Positions 26,522-35,687 of a stretch of 64,000 bases of DNA are shown in pieces (position 1 is the stretch's first letter; the number at the start of each line of letters is the position of its first letter). The notes below the pieces were generated by a model. The model made no database searches and had not been told where the DNA came from. It saw only the letters and a program-made list of their open reading frames with translations. Made by a program: the position numbers and the translations under genes. This DNA is from an uncultured Actinomycetes bacterium (GTDB lineage: Bacteria > Actinomycetota > UBA4738 > HRBIN12), in assembly GCA_963704885.1 (NCBI GenBank), contig CAVPIB010000004.1:96001-160000 (forward strand). Reading direction: 5' to 3'.

Positions 26522-29500
26522 GTGCACCTGAACGTCCGGTCCTGTTTCTCTATGAAGGAAGGTGCCTTCACCCCAGAGCAACTCATAGCCCGGGCCGCCG
26601 AGCTAGGCATGCCGGCCGTGGCGCTCACCGACCGCAACGCCCTCTACGGCGCCGCGAGGTTCGTCAAGGCATGCGAACGCGAAGGGATCAAGCCCATCCT
26701 CGGCGCGTCGCTCACCGTCCGGTCACAGCCGGTAGAAGGGAGGGTGTCGTCCGCAGCGTCGTCGAGGCGGCGAGCGCAGCGAAGCCGTCCGAGCAGCGAG
26801 GAACGACACCCGACCGCCATCGACCGCGACCACCACGTCACGCTCCTCGCCCAAGACGTCGAGGGCTATGCCAACCTCTGCCGCCTGATCACCGACGCGC
26901 ACATGTTGGGGGAGCGCGCGGACCCATCGCTCACCACGACCCAGATCTGCGCGCACGCCGCCGGCTTGATCGTGCTCCTGGGTCAGAGCTCGGCTCCCGG
27001 TCGCCTGGTCGTCAAGGGCTCAACAGACGCCGCCGCCCGAGCGGCCGGTCCGTTCCGCGAGGCGTTCGGTGCAGACCGGTGCTTCGTGGCTGTCGAGAAC
27101 CGCATCGAGGCCGGCTCCCACGACGAGGTCCGAGCGATGCTCCGGTTCGCGCGGGCGCTCGACGCGCGCGCGGTCGCGACGAACCCCGTCCGGTACCTGG
27201 TGCCCGAGGATGCGTTCTTGGCCGACGCGCTCGAATGTATGCGCGCGATCGTGCCGATCGCCTCGAACCACGTAAGCCGTCAGAACGCCGAGGGCTGGCT
27301 GAAGCCAGCCGCCCAGATGCGCGCGCTCTTCGCTGAGCGGCCGGATCTCTGCGACGCCACCCTCGATATAGCCGAGCGCTGCTCGTTCGACCTGGGGCTC
27401 AGGAGGGTGCACTTCCCGGACTTCCCGGTGCCGGCCGGGCGCTCCGCCACATCGGTCCTGGCGGAACGATGCTGGCGCGGGATCGAGGACCGCGGCGTGG
27501 AGGCCACCGCCGAGGTCACGGAACGCCTGAACCACGAGCTCGCCATGATCCACCGGCAGGGGTTCGCCGCGTACTTCCTGACGGTCGCCGACATCGTTTC
27601 GGACATCAAGTCGATGGGGATCCGCTGCGCGTGCCGCGGCTCGGCCGCGGGCTCGCTCGTCTGTTACCTGACCGGCATCTCCGACGTCGACGCCGTCCGC
27701 CACGACCTGGCGTTCGAGCGGTTCATGAACCCTATGCGCGACGAGCCGCCGGACATCGACATCGACGTGGAGTCGGCGCGTCGCGAGGACGTGTACGACA
27801 TGGTGCTCTCGCGTCACGGCGACGATCGAGCGGCGTGCGTCGCCATGATCGACACGTACCGGGCGCGCTCGGCGGTCCGCGAGGTGGGTAAGGCACTCGG
27901 CCTTCCCGACGCGGAGCTCGGGGTCGTGGCCAAGGCGTTCCCGCACATCTCGGCCCGGCATCTGCGCGAGGCCGTCGAGCGTCTGCCGGAGCTCCACGGC
28001 ATCAACCTGCCGATGCCCCAGCTCGAGCTGTTGTTCCGAGTGGCCGAGCGCCTGGACGGCTTCCCGCGCCACATCGCGTTGCACCCGTGCGGGATCGTCC
28101 TTTCCTCACACGACCTGGTCACGCGCGTCCCTCTCGAACGCAGCGCGAACGGTCACCGGATGATCCAGGCCGACAAGGACGACGTCGAGCTTCTCGGGTA
28201 CCTGAAGCTCGACGTGCTCGGGATCCGGATGCTCTCTTCGATGCGCCACGCCCTGGACGAGATCGCGCGCACCACCGGCGAGAAGGTCGACCTCGACCGG
28301 ATCCCGCTCGACGACGAGCTCACGTTCGAACGGATCCGCGCATCCGACACGCTCGGGTGCTTCCAGATCGAATCGCCCGGCCAGCGCGAGCTTCTCCAGA
28401 AGCTCCAGCCCACGCGGTGGGAAGACCTGATCGTCGACATCTCGCTCTTCCGGCCAGGGCCGGTGAAGTCCGACATGATCCGGCCGTACCTGCGTCGCCG
28501 CTCGGGCATGGAGCGACCGGTCTACATCCATCCGGACCTGCGGCCGGCCTTGAAAGAGACGTTCGGCGTGATCGTCTACCACGAGCAGGTGATCCGGACG
28601 CTTGCGGCGCTCGCCGGCTACGACCTGACCTACGCCGATCACATCCGCCGCAACCTCGACCGGGAGGACCTGCTCCCGGGGTTCCGCGCCGACTTCCTGC
28701 GACGCGCGATCGCGCGCGGGGTCGATCCGAGCGCTGCCGAGGAGACCTGGAAGGCGGTGGCGGAGTTCGCGAGCTTCGGGTTCTGCAAGGCGCACGCGGC
28801 GGCGTTCGCGGTTCCGACCTACCAGTCGGCGTGGCTGAAGACGCACTACCCGGCTCAGTTCCTGGCCGGGATCCTCACGCACGATCCGGGTATGTACCCA
28901 CGGCGCCTGCTGTTGGAGGACGCCCGCCAGCACGGCGTTCCGATCCTGCCGCTGGACGCGAACCTGAGCGAGTCCGAGTACGTGGCCGAGGAGACAGGCG
29001 ATGGCTCGCTCGGCATCCGGCTGGCCCTCCAAGAAGTGCACGGCATCTCGGACGCCGAGATCCGGTCCATCCTGCAAGCTCGGGCCTACCGTCCGTTCCA
29101 CGATGTGGGGGACTTCCTGCGCCGAACCGCCGTCTCGAGGCCGGTGACCGAGGCCCTGGCGCACGCCGGGGCCTTCGACAGGCTCCGGAGCGCAGGCGAG
29201 GGCAGCGCGAACCGGCGGACGCATCTGTTCACTGCCATGACGGCCGCGCCCGAACGCGAAGGCGACCAGCTCACGCTCGCCGACGCCGCCGTCCCGACGC
29301 ACCGGTTCGCCGACTACTCCGACGCCGAGGTCGTGCGCGCAGAGCTGGAGGTGCTCGGCCTGGACGCCTCCCGTCACATCGTGAGTTTCTTCGAGCCGCT
29401 CCTCGCCGATCTGGGCGTGACCCGGACGAAGGACCTGCACCGTCACCGCGGCGGCGAACACCTGATGGTCGCCGGCGTGAAGGTCGCCTCGCAGACGCCG

Positions 29501-29818
29501 GCGATCCGCAGCGGCCAGCGGATCATCTTCCTGACCCTCGACGATGCGACCGGTCCGATCGAGGTCACTATCTTCGAGTCGGTCCAGTCGAAGGTGGCCA
29601 AGACCGTCTTCCACTCCTACGCCATGGCGGTGTGGGGCGAGCTCCGTCGGACCGGCGTGAGGGGCGTGAGTATCATCGCCGAGGAGGTCTGGGACCTCAC
29701 CGCGCTGCATCGCGCGCGGGGGGAGGGACGCTTGCGGGAGGCGATGGGGACGGAGCGGATCGAGCCCGCCCTCCCGTCGCGCCGACTGTGGCACTCGAGC
29801 CCGGGCTCGGCGGGATGA
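26522..29818 (+). CDS. dnaE2: Error-prone DNA polymerase III alpha (DnaE2-type)
   Basis: PHP domain (ALTDRN), RGSAAGS, PDIDID, KLDVLG, FGFCKAHA, OB domain, C-terminal LWHSSPGSAG; under an SOS box. Confidence 0.9.
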   Translation: MHLNVRSCFSMKEGAFTPEQLIARAAELGMPAVALTDRNALYGAARFVKACEREGIKPILGASLTVRSQPVEGRVSSAASSRRRAQRSRPSSEERHPTAIDRDHHVTLLAQDVEGYANLCRLITDAHMLGERADPSLTTTQICAHAAGLIVLLGQSSAPGRLVVKGSTDAAARAAGPFREAFGADRCFVAVENRIEAGSHDEVRAMLRFARALDARAVATNPVRYLVPEDAFLADALECMRAIVPIASNHVSRQNAEGWLKPAAQMRALFAERPDLCDATLDIAERCSFDLGLRRVHFPDFPVPAGRSATSVLAERCWRGIEDRGVEATAEVTERLNHELAMIHRQGFAAYFLTVADIVSDIKSMGIRCACRGSAAGSLVCYLTGISDVDAVRHDLAFERFMNPMRDEPPDIDIDVESARREDVYDMVLSRHGDDRAACVAMIDTYRARSAVREVGKALGLPDAELGVVAKAFPHISARHLREAVERLPELHGINLPMPQLELLFRVAERLDGFPRHIALHPCGIVLSSHDLVTRVPLERSANGHRMIQADKDDVELLGYLKLDVLGIRMLSSMRHALDEIARTTGEKVDLDRIPLDDELTFERIRASDTLGCFQIESPGQRELLQKLQPTRWEDLIVDISLFRPGPVKSDMIRPYLRRRSGMERPVYIHPDLRPALKETFGVIVYHEQVIRTLAALAGYDLTYADHIRRNLDREDLLPGFRADFLRRAIARGVDPSAAEETWKAVAEFASFGFCKAHAAAFAVPTYQSAWLKTHYPAQFLAGILTHDPGMYPRRLLLEDARQHGVPILPLDANLSESEYVAEETGDGSLGIRLALQEVHGISDAEIRSILQARAYRPFHDVGDFLRRTAVSRPVTEALAHAGAFDRLRSAGEGSANRRTHLFTAMTAAPEREGDQLTLADAAVPTHRFADYSDAEVVRAELEVLGLDASRHIVSFFEPLLADLGVTRTKDLHRHRGGEHLMVAGVKVASQTPAIRSGQRIIFLTLDDATGPIEVTIFESVQSKVAKTVFHSYAMAVWGELRRTGVRGVSIIAEEVWDLTALHRARGEGRLREAMGTERIEPALPSRRLWHSSPGSAG
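26742..26811 (+). repeat. 70-nt palindromic element inside dnaE2
   Basis: GGGTGTCGT...ACGACACCC outer arms, GGCGGC/GCCGTC inner stem, loop GAGCGCAGCGAA. Confidence 0.6.
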
Positions 29819-29831
29819 GAGCCGTGAGATC

Positions 29832-31004
29832 GTGAGACCGCCGGAGCCGATCCTGCACGTAGACCTCGATGCGTTCTACGCCTCGGTCGAGGTGCTGAAG
29901 GACCCGTCTCTCGCGGGCAAGCCGGTCGTCGTGGGCGGAGCTGGCACGCGAGGCGTGGTCGCCTCGGCCTCCTATGAGGCCCGGAAGTACGGCGTCCGCT
30001 CCGCGATGCCGGCGGTCCGTGCGCGGCGACTCTGTCCCGACATCGTCTTCCTGCCCGCTGACTTCGAGGCGTACCGCGCCCACTCCCACCGGTTCCGCGA
30101 GGTGTTGCTGGCCCATACCCCGCTCGTCGAGCCGATCTCGCTAGACGAGGCCTTCCTGGACGTAGCCGGCGCCACCACGCTGTTCGGCCCGCCGGTCCAG
30201 ATCGCCGCCAAGATCCGAGCCGACGTAGCCGAAGAAGTGGGCGTCACCTGCTCGGTAGGGATCGCGCCGACCAAGTTCATCGCCAAGCTTGCCTCCGATG
30301 GCTGCAAACCCGACGGGCTGCTGCATGTGCCGACCGATGGTGTGGAGGCGTTCCTCGCCCCCTTACCCGTGGGACGGCTCTGGGGGGTGGGGGAGAAGAC
30401 CGGAGAGACGCTCGGGCGCCTAGGTATCCGCACCATCGGCGACCTGGGCCGCACTCCGGAAGCCATCTTGAGACGTGTCCTCGGCGATGTCTCGGCGCGA
30501 CACCTATGGGAGCTCGCCAACGGGATCGACCCCCGCGACGTGATCCCGTACGAGCCGCCTAAGTCCGTGAGCCACGAGGAGACGTTCGAACGCGATCTCG
30601 ACGCGAACCAGGACATCCTGAGGGAGCTGTTGTCCCTGGCGGGGCGGGTCGCATCACGGCTGCGAGAGGACGGCTACCAAACTCGTACGGTGGTGCTGAA
30701 GGCACGCCTGGCCAACTTCCAGACCCTCACCCGGTCGCGGACCCTGTCCGACCCGACCGACATCGGCGCCGACCTGTACCGCACGGTCGCCGAGCTCTAC
30801 TCGGCGCTCCCGGGCGAGCGTAGGAGGATCCGGTTGCTGGGGGTCCAGGCGACCAGCTTGGTGCCTGCGGGCGCCGAACAGCTCGCCCTCCTTCACGGCG
30901 AGCGGTGGGGTGATGTGGAGCGAGCGATCGACCGGATCGAGCGCCGGTTCGGTCGCGGGGCGGCTCGTCCGGCATCGCTGATCGACCGTGATCGGAGGCG
31001 CTGA
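29832..31004 (+). CDS. dinB: DNA polymerase IV
   Basis: HVDLDAFYASVE, SYEAR, SLDEAFLD, KP.G, WGVG, RLLGV. Confidence 0.95.
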   Translation: MRPPEPILHVDLDAFYASVEVLKDPSLAGKPVVVGGAGTRGVVASASYEARKYGVRSAMPAVRARRLCPDIVFLPADFEAYRAHSHRFREVLLAHTPLVEPISLDEAFLDVAGATTLFGPPVQIAAKIRADVAEEVGVTCSVGIAPTKFIAKLASDGCKPDGLLHVPTDGVEAFLAPLPVGRLWGVGEKTGETLGRLGIRTIGDLGRTPEAILRRVLGDVSARHLWELANGIDPRDVIPYEPPKSVSHEETFERDLDANQDILRELLSLAGRVASRLREDGYQTRTVVLKARLANFQTLTRSRTLSDPTDIGADLYRTVAELYSALPGERRRIRLLGVQATSLVPAGAEQLALLHGERWGDVERAIDRIERRFGRGAARPASLIDRDRRR

Positions 31005-31107
31005 GGCTCAGCCCTCAACCATCCCGGATCGCGCTATCCCTTCGAGCATCCGGCTCACGTCCCTATAATCGAACCACGGCAGTTCCCCGCCCGAGGCAGG
31101 AAGACAG

Positions 31108-31491
31108 ATGCCCCTAAGCGAGCACGAACAACGGATCCTCGAAGAGATCGAGAAGCGCCTCGCGGAGGAGGATCCGCGCCTGGACGAGCAGGTCGGCCGA
31201 ACCGACCTCTACACGCATCTCGCGCGGCGTATCCGCATCGCCGTGCTGGCGTTCGTGGTCGGTCTGCTTCTGCTGCTGCTCTTCGTCGTCAACCCGCTGG
31301 TGGCCGCGGCTGGATTCGTGATCATGGTCCTCGCGGCGCTGTTGATCTACCGGTACCTCGGGCAGCTTGGTCGGGATCAGATCCGGGAGATGCAGGCGTC
31401 CGGCCGATTGACGCTCACCGGTTTCCTCGGTCGCATCGCGGGACGGTTCGCCGGGGGGCAGACGCCACCGAGCGACTCCCCAAAGAGCTGA
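31108..31491 (+). CDS. DUF3040 membrane protein
   Basis: MPLSEHEQRILEEIE..L..EDP plus two TM helices; TATAAT at 31064. Confidence 0.88.
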   Translation: MPLSEHEQRILEEIEKRLAEEDPRLDEQVGRTDLYTHLARRIRIAVLAFVVGLLLLLLFVVNPLVAAAGFVIMVLAALLIYRYLGQLGRDQIREMQASGRLTLTGFLGRIAGRFAGGQTPPSDSPKS

Positions 31492-31714
31492 CTCGCCCGC
31501 CGATCGCTAACGCCGTCTCGATCTAGCCCGTCCGGGTGGTTTGTCGATGCCTGTGACCTCAGCGCTTGCCAGGGTTCCGCGCGCTGCTGTACAAAGGGCA
31601 TCCTTCCCTAGGGCGCGTGACGGTTCACCCGAGGTTGAGTCTTCCTCCGGGACCCGATCCGTGCGATGGCATCGACGGTGTGGCAGGCGAGTGGTTGCGA
31701 AAGGGCGCGCGTCC

Positions 31715-32197
31715 ATGGAGGGATTCACGGCTCACCAGGCGAGCAAGTTCACCGGCTGCACATCCAGGCAGCTCCGTTACTGGGATCAGATAGAGCTGGT
31801 GCAACCGTCGGTCCAGGGAACCGGCGGCCGCCCGGGGGTTCCTCGGCTCTATTCATTCAGGGACCTGGTCGCCCTTCGCGTGGTGAAGTCGCTCCTGGAC
31901 GGCGGCATGTCTTTGCAGCGGGTCCGCCGAGCGTGGGAGTTCCTCAACAAGAAGGCGGGTCTGGATCGACATCTGTCGGACGTGAAACTGGTCACCGACG
32001 GGCAGAGCATCTTCAAGATCTGCCGGCGTGACGGGGAGGTGATCGACGCCCTGCGCGAAGGTCAGATGGCGTTCTTCGTTGCGATCGACGACATCGCCTC
32101 CAGCGTCCGCACGAACGTGGCGCAGTTCAGCGAGGACCGCGAGCGATTCGTCAGAGCGCTACGCGAGGCGGCGGTTCACACCGCCACCGGCTCCTGA
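31715..32197 (+). CDS. MerR-family transcriptional regulator (Rv1830/McdR/FtsR-like)
   Basis: RQLRYW...LV.PS.....G..RLYSFRDL..L.VVK.LLD.G.SLQ..R.A; LVTDG; GQ..F..AI. Start moved to 31715. Confidence 0.8.
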   Translation: MEGFTAHQASKFTGCTSRQLRYWDQIELVQPSVQGTGGRPGVPRLYSFRDLVALRVVKSLLDGGMSLQRVRRAWEFLNKKAGLDRHLSDVKLVTDGQSIFKICRRDGEVIDALREGQMAFFVAIDDIASSVRTNVAQFSEDRERFVRALREAAVHTATGS

Positions 32198-32214
32198 CGC
32201 CTCAACTCAGCAGC

Positions 32215-34497
32215 TCAGGAGCGCAGCCGGTACTGCCCGAGTACCCGCTGGCGGAGACTCGCACCCTCGCGAAGGCCGCGCAGCGTCGCCGTCGCCGCCT
32301 CGGAGGCTCGGTGCACGTCCTCGACCGCGGGATCCTCCGGCGCGTAGGCTGCGCGCCCGGTGATCGCCGTCAGGCGATCGAGCTGATCCGTCTTCACGGT
32401 GCCGGAGCTCCCCAGCCTGTGACGGTACTCCTGGAGAGTCTCCCCAGGCCCACGTGGATGCCCCAGATCGGCGGCGCGCTCGGTGAAGACGTCGTAGGTG
32501 ACCAAGATGAGAGCCCGCGGCTCATGACCGGCCTTTCTGATCCGGCGGCGCCGCGCGAGCGCGCGCGCGGGAGGGATGACCAGGGCGATGAGCAGAGCCG
32601 CCATCGCCATGACCATGATGACCAGGGAAGCGGGAAGGCGATCGGCGGCCGGGGTGTCCACCTGATCCAGGCCGCCGAGTTCGGGGCCGAACCGACCCCC
32701 GCCGACCGTCACCCGGCGGCCGATCAGGTTTCGGAGCTGTTGGGGGAGTCCCCCGTTATCCCCGGCCCCGTCGGCGCCGCCACTGGCCCCACCCGAGGTC
32801 CCAGGATCGCAGCCCTGCTCTCCGGAGGGGCAGTCCGCCGCCGGGTGCTGGTAGACGGAGGCCACCGGGTTGGTCCTGCCGGGCGTGGGTTCGAACGATA
32901 ACCACCCGTAGGTGGGGAAGAGTACCTCGACCCAGACGTGCAACTCGTGGCTGGTCACGTGCCGGGTGCCGCTTTCGGGGTCCAAGGTTCCCGGCGTGTA
33001 GCCCTCGGCGAGCCGAGCGGGGATCCCCAGGCTCCGCAACATCACCCCCATCGCGCTCGCGAACTGCTGGCAGAACCCCGTCTGGGTTCGGGTGAGGAAG
33101 TCGAGCAGGGTGAAGCTGTCATCGCGCGCGGGCACGTCCTGCGAGTACGTGAACACCGTGGTATCGGAGAGCCGATCCTGGATCGCCAGGATCCGCTCGT
33201 AGTCGTTCGTGGCTCCGGCGGTCCAGTCGAGCGCGATCTCGCGGATCCCAGACGGCAGGTCCTCGGGAAGCGCCGTGTATCTGACGTCGGGCGTGAACGG
33301 GAAGACGACCGCAGCCAGCTGCTCGGGGGTGGGTTGAACGGAGAACGAGGTCGCTCGGTAGACCGTGCCGGCGTCGAGTCCACCGCCCAAGAGCGCCGTG
33401 CCGGTCTCGGCGTCGAAGTTGACCGAGACGCCGGGCACCTCCACCGTCTGCGGTGGATACGCGACCGGGAGCCAAGGCAGATCCAGGTCGCTGGAGACCT
33501 GGAACGTCTGATCGATCGATCGCGACCCGAGGGGCGCGGTCGAGAGGGTCGTTCCGGGTGTGACCGACGTCCCCTCCCTCGTGTAGTCAGGTCTCCAAGT
33601 GACGCCGTCGAAGTCAGGCAGCGCCATCATCCGCCAGTACGACGGCTCAGCGGAGGTCACCTGGAAGACCTCCACGGGATCCTTGCGGTTGAGGCTGGCC
33701 TTGATCGAGACGAGCGGGTCTATGCGGACGCGGTCCGCAGAAGAAGTCGAACTGATGTCGAAGATCGCCTTGGATCCGAACCCCGGGACCAGTAACGGAA
33801 CGAGCGCGGCCGTCGCCAGGGCGGCGACGGCCACCCGGCGAGCGCCACGGCTGGCGGTCGTCGACAGTCGCGCGCGCGATCCCGGACCCACCCAGACCGG
33901 ACCCCACCCTTGGACCCGGCGCAAGGCGTCGGCGAACACCACCAGCAACGCCGCCCCCAAGAAGGCCACGCCGTAGGCTGGCTTGATGAACTCCTCTAGG
34001 ACGGTATCGGCGAACGCGAGCAGCGCGATCGGCGGGAGCAAGGACAGGATGGGACTCCCGGCCCGGAAGGCGAGCGCATGGCAGGAGAACAACGCAGCCC
34101 AGATGGCCACCACGCCGGCCAGGATCAGTGGCTTCAGCGGCACGGTCGGCGCCACCTGGAGCCGGGCCTGTTCGCCAACCAGTCGGGACGCGTCCAGGGT
34201 GTGACGGAGCGTGTCTAGCGTCGGCAGGCTGTGCCAGGTGGTCCGTGGGAACACGATGAGACCGACCGTGACGCCGAGGAAGACACAAGACACCAGCGTC
34301 GCCAGCAATAGGTTCCTACGCTCCAGTGCGCAGGCGATCGCGCCGGAGGCGAGGGCGGCGAACATCAATCGCCACGTCGAGCCGTGGCCGACGTACACGC
34401 GCCCGAAGGCGAGCGCGGTCGCGACCGCGATCCCACCGACCGCCAGCAGCGCGATCAGACGCTGTGTACGAGGAGACGTTCCCTGGGGGCGTTCCAT
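32215..34497 (-). CDS. Membrane transglutaminase-like protein (TgpA-type)
   Basis: Multi-TM N-terminus; YWR, GFCQQFASAM (Cys), H.WVEV, W..FEPTP. Confidence 0.88.
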   Translation of the reverse strand: MERPQGTSPRTQRLIALLAVGGIAVATALAFGRVYVGHGSTWRLMFAALASGAIACALERRNLLLATLVSCVFLGVTVGLIVFPRTTWHSLPTLDTLRHTLDASRLVGEQARLQVAPTVPLKPLILAGVVAIWAALFSCHALAFRAGSPILSLLPPIALLAFADTVLEEFIKPAYGVAFLGAALLVVFADALRRVQGWGPVWVGPGSRARLSTTASRGARRVAVAALATAALVPLLVPGFGSKAIFDISSTSSADRVRIDPLVSIKASLNRKDPVEVFQVTSAEPSYWRMMALPDFDGVTWRPDYTREGTSVTPGTTLSTAPLGSRSIDQTFQVSSDLDLPWLPVAYPPQTVEVPGVSVNFDAETGTALLGGGLDAGTVYRATSFSVQPTPEQLAAVVFPFTPDVRYTALPEDLPSGIREIALDWTAGATNDYERILAIQDRLSDTTVFTYSQDVPARDDSFTLLDFLTRTQTGFCQQFASAMGVMLRSLGIPARLAEGYTPGTLDPESGTRHVTSHELHVWVEVLFPTYGWLSFEPTPGRTNPVASVYQHPAADCPSGEQGCDPGTSGGASGGADGAGDNGGLPQQLRNLIGRRVTVGGGRFGPELGGLDQVDTPAADRLPASLVIMVMAMAALLIALVIPPARALARRRRIRKAGHEPRALILVTYDVFTERAADLGHPRGPGETLQEYRHRLGSSGTVKTDQLDRLTAITGRAAYAPEDPAVEDVHRASEAATATLRGLREGASLRQRVLGQYRLRS

Positions 34498-35687
34498 CGG
34501 TCCTTCAGGCGCATGGACGGGGCCAAGATGATGCAGTCCCATCCGGCGCGGATCAGGGTGAGACGGGCCTGCGTGGCCCGTCCTTCCAGCTGGGCCTGTC
34601 GTTCAGGTGGCAGGGAGTCGGGGTCCACCGGGTAGATGAGCACGGCGAGCTTGGGTCCGAACGCGCCTCCGCTGCGGACCACGCTGATGAGCTCGGCCGG
34701 CTGCGGAGGCGCGGCGACCATGACGAGGGTCGTGTCCCCCGATGCTCCCGCCCTGAGGTGCGCGAGCGCGGGACCGATGGAACGGACCTGGACGTGCGAG
34801 ACGCTGGTGAGGGCCTCGAGGAATCGCTCCTCGGAAAGTGCGGCGGCCGACGTGTCCGAGGTCGCGAGCTTCAGGCTGAAACCGCCGCGCGAAAGCACCA
34901 CCCCGAGCGTGGCGGCGACCGAGACGGCCCGTTCGAAGGCCGCTCCGTGTGCCTGCCCGAGTGCGCCCTCGCGCGAGTCCAGGAAGACCAACCCGCTCGA
35001 TCGCTGGGACGATTCGTCCTGCCGGATCATCAGCGCCCCCGTCCGCGCGACGCTCGGCCAATGGATCCGCCGGAGGTCATCGCCCTCCTGATACTGGCGC
35101 ATCGTGTAGTACTCCTCACCGGTCCGGAAGAGGTTCCTGGTTCGAGAGGCGCCGGCATTGGCGCCGAAGGACGACTCCGGGGCAGCGGACAAGTCCTCGA
35201 TCTCGGGGGTCACGATCAGCTCTTCTCGCTCATCGAACTCCAGTCGTTGCCGGATCAACGCGAATGGATCGGAGACATCCACCAGGAGCGGTCCGAGCTG
35301 ATAGCGCCCGCGGCTCTGCGGGAGCACCGTGTAGGACGTCTTCTGGCTGCGATGTCCGGGGATCCCCGCCACGACCAGCCGAGCCGAGCGGCCGAGCGCG
35401 GACGGCAGCCGATCCTCGAGCATCAGGAACGAGGTGGAGACCGGGGAGCGGTTCTCGACATCTATGTGCACGGTGACCCGCGTGCCTGGGACCACTCGGA
35501 CATCGGAGAGGTGGCGTCGGATGACGATCCGTTGATGGCCCCATCGTACGAACAGAGCCGCGATCGCCGGGAGCGCCGCCAGCCCGAGGCCGATGACCTC
35601 CAGCCCGGGCGAGCCGATGATCCGCGCGACGAGCCACATGGTCAAACCGGAGAAGAAGACGGCCGCGCCGCGGCCGGACGGTGTCAC
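34455..35687 (-). CDS. DUF58 domain protein
   Basis: RGRY.LGP, DPF, RQYQEGDDLRRIHW. Confidence 0.9.
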   Translation of the reverse strand: MTPSGRGAAVFFSGLTMWLVARIIGSPGLEVIGLGLAALPAIAALFVRWGHQRIVIRRHLSDVRVVPGTRVTVHIDVENRSPVSTSFLMLEDRLPSALGRSARLVVAGIPGHRSQKTSYTVLPQSRGRYQLGPLLVDVSDPFALIRQRLEFDEREELIVTPEIEDLSAAPESSFGANAGASRTRNLFRTGEEYYTMRQYQEGDDLRRIHWPSVARTGALMIRQDESSQRSSGLVFLDSREGALGQAHGAAFERAVSVAATLGVVLSRGGFSLKLATSDTSAAALSEERFLEALTSVSHVQVRSIGPALAHLRAGASGDTTLVMVAAPPQPAELISVVRSGGAFGPKLAVLIYPVDPDSLPPERQAQLEGRATQARLTLIRAGWDCIILAPSMRLKDRWNAPRERLLVHSV

